In this document: positions 14,596-23,919 of the stretch, one piece after another | How positions within the stretch are numbered: the first letter of the stretch is position 1 | Layout of the letters: the number at the start of each line of letters is the position of its first letter | Assembly: GCA_964396065.1 (NCBI GenBank) | Contig: CAYNCI010000017.1 | Span: forward strand, 4,194-36,193 | Origin: an uncultured Mesohalobacter sp. | GTDB taxonomy: Bacteria; Bacteroidota; Bacteroidia; Flavobacteriales; Flavobacteriaceae | Length of the DNA stretch: 32,000 bases | Reading direction: 5' to 3' | Notes under the pieces: model-generated | The model's database searches: none | Seen by the model: only the letters and a program-made list of their open reading frames with translations | Told to the model about the DNA's origin: nothing | Program-made: the position numbers and the translations under genes

Positions 14596-14718
14596 AAAAA
14601 TTAAAAAACATTAAGAAGTTAAGATGCATTAAGAAAAATAGATGAATATGAGAACATTAAAGCAATAACACTTAATGTAACTTAATGCCTTAATGTTAAA
14701 AATTAAAAAAATTAAGAT
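14596..14718. repeat. Palindromically arranged cluster of CATTAAG / CTTAATG heptamers bracketed by direct AAAAATTAAAAAA + TTAAGAT words
   Basis: CATTAAG occurs at 14609 and 14627, with a CATTAAAG variant at 14655. CTTAATG occurs at 14671, 14681 and 14689. AAAAATTAAAAAA occurs at 14596 and 14698, and TTAAGAT at 14619 and 14712. A 17-nt exact match (cttaatgccttaatgtt) links 14681-14697 to 11118-11134. Confidence 0.75.
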
Positions 14719-14741
14719 GTTAAAACGATAAAAATCAAATT

Positions 14742-15506
14742 ATGAATATCATTTCGTACAATGTAAACGGCATTCGTGCTGCTATGCGAAAAGGCTTAAC
14801 CCTTTGGCTAAAAAATACCAATGCAGACATTGTCTGTTTTCAAGAAATAAAAGCTCTGGAAGAACAAATCGAGACACAAGCCTTTGAAGAATTAGGCTAC
14901 ACCTATCAATATTGGTATCCGGCTGAAAAAAAAGGCTATAGCGGTGTAGGCATTATTTCGAAAGTAAAACCTAATCATGTCGAGTTTGGTTGTGGCATAG
15001 ACTATATGGATAAAGAAGGGCGGATTTTAAGAGCGGATTTTGATCATTTTTCAGTTTTAAGTTTGTATTTGCCATCAGGGACAAACGATGCCAGACTTCA
15101 ATTAAAGTTTGATTTTATGGATGATTTTTACGACTACATTTCATCCTTAAAAAAAGAAATTCCGCGTTTAAGTATTTGTGGCGATTTCAACATTTGTCAT
15201 GAGCCAATGGATATTCACGACCCTGTTAGATTAAAAACAGTGTCTGGATTTTTGCCGGAAGAAAGAGAGTGGCTGAGTAAATTTTTAAATAATGGTTTTA
15301 TTGATTCCTTCAGGTATCTAAATCCTGAAAGAGTAGAGTACTCCTGGTGGAGCTATCGGGCCAATGCAAGAGCCAATAATAAAGGATGGCGACTGGATTA
15401 CCATCTAGTTGACCAAAATTTAAAACAAAATATTGAAAGAGCCGTTATATTACCTGAGGCAAAACATAGCGACCATTGCCCTGTTTTATTAAAGTTGAAA
15501 TTTTAA
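14742..15506 (+). CDS. xth: Exodeoxyribonuclease III
   Basis: 254 aa of the EEP fold, with SYNVNGIRA, CFQE, GDFN and a C-terminal SDHCPV. Confidence 0.93.
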   Translation: MNIISYNVNGIRAAMRKGLTLWLKNTNADIVCFQEIKALEEQIETQAFEELGYTYQYWYPAEKKGYSGVGIISKVKPNHVEFGCGIDYMDKEGRILRADFDHFSVLSLYLPSGTNDARLQLKFDFMDDFYDYISSLKKEIPRLSICGDFNICHEPMDIHDPVRLKTVSGFLPEEREWLSKFLNNGFIDSFRYLNPERVEYSWWSYRANARANNKGWRLDYHLVDQNLKQNIERAVILPEAKHSDHCPVLLKLKF

Positions 15507-16475
15507 ATGATGAAAAATAATTTAAAACTTGTAGCGGTAAGCCTGAGCATCGTGGCTGTTACATTTTCATGTGTACCTAAAAAAGACTTTTTGAATTTGG
15601 AAACCCGATACGAAAATCTGGAGTCTCAAAACAGGCTGCTTACCAAAAAACTTAAAGACAGCGAAGCTAGCAACGACCTACTAACGACCAAATTAAACGA
15701 AAGACAATCACTCTTAGATAGCCTCCAAAATACTTTGGATAGCTTAACTATTGAGTACAACAGCAAGACACATCAACTTCAGAATTTAGAAGAATCTTAC
15801 AAAGCGCTGGAAGAAAACAGCAGTCAGTTGCTGTCCGAAAATTCTAAACGTAACAGAGAATTATTATCTGAGCTTGAGGAGAAGGAAAAAGCACTGGCTC
15901 AGGAACGACTAAGACTGGAAAACCTTCAAAAAGATTTGCAGGAGCGCTCATCAAGAATTGAGCAGTTAGAAAGTCTGATTGCATCTAAAGAAGCAAAACT
16001 TTCTGCCCTTAAAGACAAATTAAGTGATGCCCTAATTGATTTTGAAGGCAGAGGACTGAGTGTAGAGCAACGTAATGGCAAAGTCTATGTTTCCATGGAA
16101 AACAAGTTACTTTTTGCGTCTGGAAGCTGGAATGTAGGCTCCGAAGGAAAAAAGGCCATCAAGGAACTTGCTAATATCCTTGCTCAAAATGGAGACATTT
16201 CGGTTTTAATCGAAGGACACACCGATAATGTGCCTTACAGTGGCAAAGGCCCATTAAAAGACAACTGGGACTTATCCACAAAGAGAGCCACAGAAGTGCT
16301 AAAGCTCATTCTCGAAAACCCTGCCGTAGATCCTAAAAACCTTACGGCTGCAGGTAGAGGCGAATATATCCCTGTAGATACCAACGAAACAACAGAAGGT
16401 AAAGCCCGAAACAGAAGAATAGAGGTGGTCTTGGAACCAAGACTTGACGAGATAAACAAACTCATAAATGAATAG
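15507..16475 (+). CDS. OmpA-family lipoprotein with a long coiled-coil
   Basis: 322 aa. It has a lipobox (VTFSC), about 150 aa of heptad-rich LxxLxxL sequence, and a C-terminal OmpA_C domain (GHTDNVP...STKRA...NRRIEV). Its ATG directly abuts the xth stop (TAAATG). Confidence 0.85.
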   Translation: MMKNNLKLVAVSLSIVAVTFSCVPKKDFLNLETRYENLESQNRLLTKKLKDSEASNDLLTTKLNERQSLLDSLQNTLDSLTIEYNSKTHQLQNLEESYKALEENSSQLLSENSKRNRELLSELEEKEKALAQERLRLENLQKDLQERSSRIEQLESLIASKEAKLSALKDKLSDALIDFEGRGLSVEQRNGKVYVSMENKLLFASGSWNVGSEGKKAIKELANILAQNGDISVLIEGHTDNVPYSGKGPLKDNWDLSTKRATEVLKLILENPAVDPKNLTAAGRGEYIPVDTNETTEGKARNRRIEVVLEPRLDEINKLINE

Positions 16476-16478
16476 GCT

Positions 16479-18995
16479 CTAAAAAGTTACTCTAAACAAC
16501 AGATTTGGCGTAAATCCCAACCCGTTTTGATTAAAGGTTTGAATGTTTTGTTGAGCATTTAGCCAGTAGAAACGGTTGTAAATGTTAGAATTGCCCAATA
16601 CATTTAAAAATGAAATCCCGGCGAGTGCATTTATATTTTTAGACAGCTTAAAATTGTAAGTTGAAGAAAAATCTAAACGTAAATAATCGTCCAGTCGACC
16701 GGAGTTAGGTAACTCATACGCAATGGTTTGTGGCAATAAATTTTGATTTTCTGAAGGATTTGTAGTTGTGGCGCCGGAGTGCCAATTAAGGCCGGTTGAA
16801 ATTTTTAAATTATGTTTTTCGTAGCTAAACCCCGTCGAAATAACATGAGTAATATCCAGATTGTTTGGAAATGATGATGGGATAAGATTTTCAAAACTAT
16901 AGTTGTTTTCAGAAAAACTATAGCTTAACCATCCTGAAAAGAATCTAAAATTTTTATTTATCAAAAAGTCAAAACCTAGGATGTCATAATAGCCGTGATC
17001 TTCTGCAAGCTCAAACTGGTTTTGAAAACCCTGACTTTGTGTGGTTATGCCATCCACTTTTTTGTAATACATATCAAAATTAATAAACCAGCTAGGTTTA
17101 ATAAAGTTGAGCCCAAAAGACACCTGTTCGCTTTGGATAATTGGTCTGGTATCCGGTGCAGAAAGCACCCAACGTCGATTTTCTACACCTAAAAAGTCGG
17201 TTTGAAGATCTATAGTTTGGGAGGTTACCTGGCTTTTTTGTTCTGCCAATACTTCTACAAATAAGTCCCTTACAATTTGATAGTTTAACCTTAATCGGGG
17301 TTCGAATAAAACCTCTTCAAATTTCGAATACAGGTTTAATCGGCTACCAAGACTAAGATTGAGTAGTTTATTTTCTGAGCTATATTTAAAATCAGCATAA
17401 ACACTGTTGGTAAGCAAAGCGTTTTGCGTTTCATCAAAAAAGGCGGGATCGTTGATGCTTTGGGAGTTTAAAATTCCCGTTTCGTTAAATTGGTAACCCG
17501 TTTCCAGAGCCATAAAAGAAGTAAGTTGTGTTTCCAGGTTTAGTTTTAACCCATACTCGTTCACTCTATTTCTCTGTTCCAGGCGTTGCAGATTAAGAAG
17601 ATTGGTATTTACGGCGTTTAAGCTATAACTGGAAATATAATATTGCAGTTGCGACTTGGTTGATGGCGACCATGCCCTCTCGTACAATAAGCCTGCAGCA
17701 ATATTAAACTGCTCCAAATCGCTTGTCCTTGTGTTTATTGGAGATTGCTCTTGGTCAAACCGATTCAATTCAAATTGATCTTCTGCATAATAAAGGTTTG
17801 CTTTTATATAATCTTGCTCCGTCAGCTGATGTTTGTAATTCAATGCGGCATCAAAAAAAGAAAAATCGTTTTCTTGTTGTGTTGTTGGGGTTTCCAGGTT
17901 AGTCACTTCTGTATTTTGAAATACTTTATCAAAATATTGATTGTAGGTTGGGCTTTCCCAAATAGAATTGATAGACTGTCTTGTCGAAAATTCAACTGAA
18001 GAGGCTTCGTTTAAAGGCGCTTCTATCAAGGCGTCGATGTTGATTAAATTTAACCCAACACTCGCTTGTAAGCTATCTGCAATTGCATTGCTGGTCCTCA
18101 TGTCGATAAGACTAGATACGCCATCGCCATATTTTGAAGAAGTTCCGTTTTTTACAAGGCTAACGTTTTGAGTCATATACGGGTTAAAAGCCGAAATCAT
18201 ACCAAAAAAATGTGAGGTATTATACATTTTTATGCCATCCCAAAGAAATAAGTTTTGATCATGTGTGCCGCCTCTTACATTTAAATAAGAGACGCGTTCG
18301 CCTCGACTTACAATGCCGGGAAGTGCCTGCAAACTCTGAAGCACATCCGGCTCTATTAAGCCAGGAAGTATTCCGAAATCCTCATAATTAATTTCTAAAC
18401 CACCAGAAGCAATTTTTTGAATACCATTGGTTAATAAAGACGTAAGAACAACTTCGTCTAAAGTTTGGTAAAAGGGATTTATAAAAATTGAAGGACAGTC
18501 TTCGCCTTTAGTTTCCTGCAGCACAAACACTTTTGTAATATAGTCTTCTTTAAATATTTTTAGCTCCTTGCCTAAAGCAGCTTTGGGAAGAAAAAAAATA
18601 CCGTTTTCATCTGAAGTGTAGGTGAAATCTGCATGAATTAGTCTGGAACTCGAAACAGGTTCTTTGGTCATATTGTCAAAAACACTTACGCATACGTTTT
18701 CTTTAGAAGCCTTAGGAATGAGTAAAATGCTACGTTTGCCCTGAAAAACATACGTAAAAGGAGTTTGCTGTTGTAAGTAGTTAAGCTGTTGTTGAAGTGT
18801 CTCCAGATCGTCTTGAAAATCTGCAGTTATCCCCTCAATATTATCGTTGGCATAGGAAAATATGACATCGTACTTTTTTTGCAAAGCATCCAGATATGTC
18901 GCAAGATCTAACGCGCCTTTTTTGGATTGAGCAGTTAAAATCCCTGCAAATCCAATAAAAAACATTACGAAGAAATATAGTTTTAAAAGTCTCAC
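16479..18995 (-). CDS. TonB-dependent receptor, FecA-type transducer with an N-terminal STN signalling domain
   Basis: 838 aa. After a signal peptide comes an STN-like segment (LxxYLDALQKKYDVIFSY), then a carboxypeptidase-regulatory-like segment, a plug, and a barrel ending in ...LLFRVTF. The GTG start overlaps the FecR stop (TAGTG). Confidence 0.85.
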   Translation of the reverse strand: MRLLKLYFFVMFFIGFAGILTAQSKKGALDLATYLDALQKKYDVIFSYANDNIEGITADFQDDLETLQQQLNYLQQQTPFTYVFQGKRSILLIPKASKENVCVSVFDNMTKEPVSSSRLIHADFTYTSDENGIFFLPKAALGKELKIFKEDYITKVFVLQETKGEDCPSIFINPFYQTLDEVVLTSLLTNGIQKIASGGLEINYEDFGILPGLIEPDVLQSLQALPGIVSRGERVSYLNVRGGTHDQNLFLWDGIKMYNTSHFFGMISAFNPYMTQNVSLVKNGTSSKYGDGVSSLIDMRTSNAIADSLQASVGLNLINIDALIEAPLNEASSVEFSTRQSINSIWESPTYNQYFDKVFQNTEVTNLETPTTQQENDFSFFDAALNYKHQLTEQDYIKANLYYAEDQFELNRFDQEQSPINTRTSDLEQFNIAAGLLYERAWSPSTKSQLQYYISSYSLNAVNTNLLNLQRLEQRNRVNEYGLKLNLETQLTSFMALETGYQFNETGILNSQSINDPAFFDETQNALLTNSVYADFKYSSENKLLNLSLGSRLNLYSKFEEVLFEPRLRLNYQIVRDLFVEVLAEQKSQVTSQTIDLQTDFLGVENRRWVLSAPDTRPIIQSEQVSFGLNFIKPSWFINFDMYYKKVDGITTQSQGFQNQFELAEDHGYYDILGFDFLINKNFRFFSGWLSYSFSENNYSFENLIPSSFPNNLDITHVISTGFSYEKHNLKISTGLNWHSGATTTNPSENQNLLPQTIAYELPNSGRLDDYLRLDFSSTYNFKLSKNINALAGISFLNVLGNSNIYNRFYWLNAQQNIQTFNQNGLGFTPNLLFRVTF

Positions 18996-19882
18996 TAATC
19001 GCCTAAGATGATAGTCTTACCATCAATTTTGTAGGTAAGGCCTAAGGGCAAAGTAATAGAATTTAATGCTAATTTTATATTAACATGGCCAAAACTTCCT
19101 GTAAATCTTTTGGACGTATCGATTGTTGAAGTATCAAATTCGAAGTCGTAATAATTTTTAAGTTCTTTTATCACCACATCTAGCGGCTGATTTTTTAAAA
19201 TAGTCATGTTTTTTTGCCACGTGGGCGCATCAAGCGTGTTTTGCCTTAGACTCACTTTACCATCAAAAAAACTGAGAAAATCATTTTGTTTAAGGATATA
19301 AGTTTCGTTGTTAACCTCAACCTGAACAGAACCTTCAAAACAAGACACTTCAAATAGATATTCACGAGATTTTACATTAAAGACCGTTCCTAAAACTTGT
19401 ACATTACCTTGAGGTGTAGATACTGAGAACTTTTTGCCTTTTTCAACATTAAAAAGAGCTTCCCCTTGTAAATCAAGTTGTCTGTTATGCGCCCAGTCGG
19501 CTGAATTGTATGTTAATATTGAATTTGAATTTAGATTTACGACAGAATTATCAGGTAAATTTATGCTTTCAGTTAGTGCAATATCTGTTTGAATTGAAGT
19601 CAATTCAGAATTGAAATAAATATTTTTAAAAAGGAAAAAACCAAGAATTAAAACTGCTGCGATAGATGCAATATACCTTAAAACTGGTGTTTTATTGGGT
19701 TGAATTTTAGCTTCTATATCCTGTAAAGAACTTTCAATATTAAACTCAGGGGCTTTAAAAGCCTTAGCATTTTCAGAAATTTTGACGTAAGAAGCATACT
19801 CGTCTAATGCCTTAAACGCTTGCATTTCGTCTGCGGTTAGCTCATCTGCGAGCCACTTTTTTATTAATTCTTCTTTACGCAT
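18995..19882 (-). CDS. FecR family anti-sigma factor / transmembrane sensor
   Basis: 295 aa with an N-terminal cytoplasmic helix, a single TM segment (IASIAAVLILGFFLF), and a periplasmic FecR domain (V.LNSNS.L.Y.......R...L.GEALF.V). Confidence 0.85.
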   Translation of the reverse strand: MRKEELIKKWLADELTADEMQAFKALDEYASYVKISENAKAFKAPEFNIESSLQDIEAKIQPNKTPVLRYIASIAAVLILGFFLFKNIYFNSELTSIQTDIALTESINLPDNSVVNLNSNSILTYNSADWAHNRQLDLQGEALFNVEKGKKFSVSTPQGNVQVLGTVFNVKSREYLFEVSCFEGSVQVEVNNETYILKQNDFLSFFDGKVSLRQNTLDAPTWQKNMTILKNQPLDVVIKELKNYYDFEFDTSTIDTSKRFTGSFGHVNIKLALNSITLPLGLTYKIDGKTIILGD

Positions 19883-19929
19883 AGTATTCTTATAACAACT
19901 GTAAGCTGTGTTTTCCTACCTGTATAATG

Positions 19930-20463
19930 TTAAATTTCATGTATGTCTTTTCTTAGTTGTTCCAAAGCGGTGTAAATTCTCTTTTCTACTGCCTTTCTCG
20001 AAATTCCTAGTAGTTCAGCTATTTCCTTATGTTTTTTTCCTTCTACCCTATTCATCAAAAATGCAACACGTTTTTCCGGAGTAAGCTTTGCTAAAGCCAT
20101 TTCATACTTACGTAAGTATTCTTTTTCCTCTAAAAGAAATTGTGGATCCTGATTATCATTGGTAGAAAAACTTGAGGTCTTTTGGTGTTTTATGACTATT
20201 TTTTTGTGCTTAATGACATTTAATGTTGCGTTATTAGCAACAGAAAACAAAAAACTCTTGGCTTTATCAGGAGTGACGGACTTACAATTTTCCCAAAGTT
20301 TTAAAAACGCTGTTTGCACTTTATCTTTCGGATTGTGCTCTTCTCCAAATTTGTAATAAATAAAATCATGCAAATCCTTCGCATATTTTTCATGAAGCCT
20401 AGCAAAAACAGTCTTCTCGCAACAGTTGTCATGTAAAGGTTTGGATGTTTTCATATAATCCAA
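19930..20463 (-). CDS. ECF (sigma-70 family) RNA polymerase sigma factor
   Basis: 177 aa. Region 2 reads AFLKLWEN...FLFSVANNATLNVIKH, and the region 4 HTH reads RVAFLMNRVEGKKHKEIAELLGISRKAVEKRIYTAL. Confidence 0.9.
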   Translation of the reverse strand: MDYMKTSKPLHDNCCEKTVFARLHEKYAKDLHDFIYYKFGEEHNPKDKVQTAFLKLWENCKSVTPDKAKSFLFSVANNATLNVIKHKKIVIKHQKTSSFSTNDNQDPQFLLEEKEYLRKYEMALAKLTPEKRVAFLMNRVEGKKHKEIAELLGISRKAVEKRIYTALEQLRKDIHEI

Positions 20464-20532
20464 AAATATAAAAATTGTAAAGATGGTAGGAATTTTTTCA
20501 TTTTAATTGTTTTATTTTGTAGAAGACTGAAG

Positions 20533-21174
20533 ATGAAAAAGATATTTTACCTAATAGCGATAATTTTAATTGGATGTTACGAAGACGATACTCAGAGGCT
20601 TGAATCTGAGAATACGTCGCATAGGTCATCCGATATCACCACCTATATAAGATCCATGTCTTTGCACAATGCTGCTTACGACGATGTTGTAGATGGTTCG
20701 ACATGTTTTAGCATAGAGTTTCCATACGAGTTATCCGTAAACGATAACATAAGAACCATTTCTTCGATTCAAGAATTAGACGAACTTCACAGTGAAGATG
20801 ATATTCAAATTATTTATCCCGTCTCTGCTGTATTTTTCAATTATGACAGACATCAAATGTCATCGGAATCGGATTTAAATTTTGTAAAACAAACCTGCGA
20901 ATCGGATTTCGATATCAATTCTAATGCATGTCTGGATTTTCAGTTCCCACTTACGGTCAAAATGTATAACAGAGTTGGAAATGATTTTCACACTATTCAC
21001 TTGCATAGCAATGAAGATATCTATAAACATTTTGATAATCTTCATGACACCGATGTATACGAGCTTGACTACCCTATATTGCTTTCAGATACACATTTAA
21101 ACACTACCATTTCGATAAATTCTAATCTAGAGTTTGAAAGCTTATTTCATAACACTTTAGAAGACTGCGAATAA
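20533..21174 (+). CDS. Hypothetical lipoprotein with two internal C..F.FP..(about 40 aa)..YP modules
   Basis: 213 aa with a lipobox (LIGC). It is an acidic protein with no recognisable family. It is divergent from the ECF sigma gene across a 69-bp spacer. Confidence 0.6.
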   Translation: MKKIFYLIAIILIGCYEDDTQRLESENTSHRSSDITTYIRSMSLHNAAYDDVVDGSTCFSIEFPYELSVNDNIRTISSIQELDELHSEDDIQIIYPVSAVFFNYDRHQMSSESDLNFVKQTCESDFDINSNACLDFQFPLTVKMYNRVGNDFHTIHLHSNEDIYKHFDNLHDTDVYELDYPILLSDTHLNTTISINSNLEFESLFHNTLEDCE

Positions 21175-21298
21175 TTCTCTAAATATTTTTAACATCATTT
21201 TATTTTATTGTTAAACTAATACTAAATCCATTTTTTGTGGTAGTAACTTTTAATGATCTGTTGTTTCATTAACGTAAATCAAAAAAAATTAAAACCCT

Positions 21299-23095
21299 AT
21301 GAAATTACTATCAAAAATCATGTTTTTGGCAATCTTAGTTATTGCTTCGGCATCGTGCGACGACGATGATGATCCACAAATTATTACCCCAGGCACTTCT
21401 TCTTTGTTTGAAGTTATAGCAAATAGCCCTGACCATACCGTTTTAGAACAAGCCTTAATAGATACAGACCTTGTAGATGTATTAAATTCAGATACATTTA
21501 CTGTATTTGCACCAACCGATGCAGCTTTTGCAAACGTTGATTTGACTGGACTATCTACAGACGAAATTAGAAATATATTATTAAATCATGTTGTGTCAGG
21601 AAATGTAAGATCAACAGATTTATCTAATGGTTACTTTAAATCAAATGCCGTAGAAACCTATTCTGGAAATGATAACAATATTGACTTATACATCAATATT
21701 GATAGTGGTGTGGTTGTGAATGGTGTTTCTACGGTTTCTGTTGCAGACATCAATGCATCAAACGGAACAATACACAGTGTAGATGCTGTTATTCCATTAC
21801 CAAATGTGGTAACTCTAGCAGCTGCAGACCCTAATTTTGCAACTCTAGCAGCCGCTTTAACTCAAGAAGATCTATTAGGTACTTTATCTTCTTCTGCCGC
21901 ACCTGCACCATTTACAGTATTCGCTCCAACAAACGATGCTTTTGGCGCCCTATTAGGTGAAGACAACAACATTAACACTGCAGAAGAATTGTTAGCATTA
22001 CCAACATTAACAGAAATCTTAACTTACCATGTATTAAGTGGTGCAGTAAGAGCTGGCGACATTACAGACGGTATTTCTCCTACAACTGTTCAAGGGTCTA
22101 CTTTTACAATCAATACTGCCGGTGGTGTAACTATTACAGATGGCTTTGGAAGAGTAGTTAATATTGTAGCTACAGACGTAACAACTGCAAATGGTGTAAT
22201 ACACGTATTAGACAATGTTATTTTACCAGAAGGCGCAGTACCAACAACTTTCGAGATTATCGCAAATAGCCCGGACCATACTGCTTTAGAACAAGCACTA
22301 ATTGCAACAGGTTTAGACGACGTACTTAACCAAGGTACTTTTACCGTGTTTGCCCCAACCGACACAGCATTTGCCGGTGTAGATGTTTCTTCTTTAACAC
22401 CTGAACAAGTAACTAACATTTTATTAAATCATGTTGTTACGGGCTCAGTACGTTCAACAGATTTATCTAACGGGTATGTTAAAACAAATGCCACAGAAAC
22501 TTATTCTGGTAACGGAAACAATATCGATATGTACATTAATATAGATAATGGTGTAGTATTAAACGGTGGCGCAAGCGTAACAGCTGCAAACTTACTAGCC
22601 TTAAATGGTGTTGTACATGTTGTAAACGAAGTCATTACTATTCCTAATATTGTAACTTTAGCTGCTTCAAACCCAGATTTTAGCAACTTAGCAGCTGCAC
22701 TTACTCAACAAGATTTATTAGGTGTGCTTTCTACAGATGCAGACACTGCCCCTGCTCCATTTACTGTATTTGCACCAAGCAATGACTCTTTCCAGGCATT
22801 CTTAGATGCAGATCCTAACGATGGGTTCTCTACTATAGACGATGTATTAAACTTACCAATACTTACAGATGTTCTTACATACCATGTTTTAAGTGGTGCA
22901 GTAAGAGCCGGAGATATTACAGACGGCATCTCTCCTGCAACAGTACAAGGCGAGACCATTACAATAAATACTCCAGACGGTGTAACAATTACAGATTCTA
23001 ACGGAAGAGTAGTCAACATTATAGCTACAGACTTTACAGGTTCTAATGGCGTGATACACGTTATAGACAATGTAATTTTACCAACGCTTCCATAA
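21299..23095 (+). CDS. Fasciclin (FAS1) domain lipoprotein with four FAS1 domains
   Basis: 598 aa with lipobox ASASC. FAS1 H1/H2 motifs recur (TVFAPTDxAF, NGVIHVxDxVxxP). Confidence 0.9.
   Translation: MKLLSKIMFLAILVIASASCDDDDDPQIITPGTSSLFEVIANSPDHTVLEQALIDTDLVDVLNSDTFTVFAPTDAAFANVDLTGLSTDEIRNILLNHVVSGNVRSTDLSNGYFKSNAVETYSGNDNNIDLYINIDSGVVVNGVSTVSVADINASNGTIHSVDAVIPLPNVVTLAAADPNFATLAAALTQEDLLGTLSSSAAPAPFTVFAPTNDAFGALLGEDNNINTAEELLALPTLTEILTYHVLSGAVRAGDITDGISPTTVQGSTFTINTAGGVTITDGFGRVVNIVATDVTTANGVIHVLDNVILPEGAVPTTFEIIANSPDHTALEQALIATGLDDVLNQGTFTVFAPTDTAFAGVDVSSLTPEQVTNILLNHVVTGSVRSTDLSNGYVKTNATETYSGNGNNIDMYINIDNGVVLNGGASVTAANLLALNGVVHVVNEVITIPNIVTLAASNPDFSNLAAALTQQDLLGVLSTDADTAPAPFTVFAPSNDSFQAFLDADPNDGFSTIDDVLNLPILTDVLTYHVLSGAVRAGDITDGISPATVQGETITINTPDGVTITDSNGRVVNIIATDFTGSNGVIHVIDNVILPTLP
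21407..23092 (+). repeat. In-frame tandem duplication of an 843-bp (281-aa, 2xFAS1) unit inside the fasciclin gene
   Basis: Copy 1 is 21407-22249 and copy 2 is 22250-23092. Conserved blocks at equivalent offsets include IANSPDHT.LEQALI, TFTVFAPTD.AFA, ILLNHVV.G.VRSTDLSNGY and LTYHVLSGAVRAGDITDGISP.TVQG. Confidence 0.85.
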
Positions 23096-23124
23096 GAAAA
23101 TAGCCAATTATTAAATTTGTTTTA

Positions 23125-23158
23125 GAAGTCGACTTTTTCAAGTCGACTTCTTTATTTT
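23125..23158 (+). terminator. Rho-independent terminator of the fasciclin gene
   Basis: Perfect 11-bp stem gaagtcgactt / aagtcgacttc (23125-23135 pairs with 23140-23150), a 4-nt loop, then TTTATTTT. Confidence 0.7.
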
Positions 23159-23310
23159 ATTTAAAATTGAACTCGTCCATAGCTTTTTAATATTAATCAC
23201 TACAATTTATAAACCGAACTCATAACACCAAGTCTTTTTTTAAAAGCAGGCTTACATCTTAAAATGAAAGAATAATGCTATATTTAGATATATTTCTTGT
23301 AAAACCTTAA

Positions 23311-23802
23311 ATGAAAAAGCTGTTCCTCATACTTATAGTCTCAGTAGCGCTGTCTTGTACAAAAAAAGAAACGCTTCTAAACGCAAATTCTTTACCTATT
23401 GAAAAAGAAACAACCTACGACTCCATAGCCGCTGCAAATTACGGCGCAGACGATTACGGGATGAAAAAATACGTCATGGCTTTTTTAAAACGAGGAGATA
23501 ATACTACTCTAGACGCCAACCAAAGAGCAGACTTGCAAAACCAACACCTTAAAAACATCGCCCGTATGGCTGAAGAGGGAAAACTCGTTTTAGCAGGCCC
23601 TTTTATGGATGGTGGAGATTTAAGAGGTATTTATATTTTTGATGTAGAAACCATTAAAGAAGCCGAAGAACTCACAAATTCTGATCCTTCAATTCAAGCA
23701 GGCGTCCTGTCTATGGAGCTTAAAGAATGGTATGGCTCAGCAGCAATTATGGCCATTAACGATATACATTCTTCACTTTCAAAAAAAGGCATTACAGAAT
23801 AA
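23311..23802 (+). CDS. YciI-like domain lipoprotein
   Basis: 163 aa with lipobox LSC. The segment KKYVMAFLKRG....HLKNIARMAEEGKLVLAGPF...GIYIFDVETIKEAEELTNSDP resembles the YCII fold pattern. Confidence 0.6.
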   Translation: MKKLFLILIVSVALSCTKKETLLNANSLPIEKETTYDSIAAANYGADDYGMKKYVMAFLKRGDNTTLDANQRADLQNQHLKNIARMAEEGKLVLAGPFMDGGDLRGIYIFDVETIKEAEELTNSDPSIQAGVLSMELKEWYGSAAIMAINDIHSSLSKKGITE

Positions 23803-23919
23803 TCGCTTCATCAGCTATTTTCTAAGAGGATAATTCTTAAGAATTTCTAATATTTTATGAGATACAAACATTATCAGTTTCTTAGAGCTTATTTTTACAT
23901 ACTTTAAATTTAAGATATA

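Noticed and set aside
16235-18171. ORFs 16235-16465 (-), 16995-17192 (+), 17745-17999 (+) and 17968-18171 (+)
   Set aside because: They lie antisense within the OmpA-family gene or the TonB-dependent receptor gene.
20159-20356. Plus-strand 65-aa ORF inside the ECF sigma gene. It also contains a cttaatgacatttaatg string resembling the heptamer repeats.
   Set aside because: It is antisense to a clear sigma-70 region 2. The heptamer-like string encodes NATLNVIKHK of the sigma factor and is a single coding occurrence, not a cluster.
22090-23070. Antisense ORFs 22090-22419, 22501-22686 and 22705-23070 inside the fasciclin gene
   Set aside because: They are shadow frames of an Ala/Thr/Val-rich repetitive gene. 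Their recurrence simply mirrors the 843-bp duplication.
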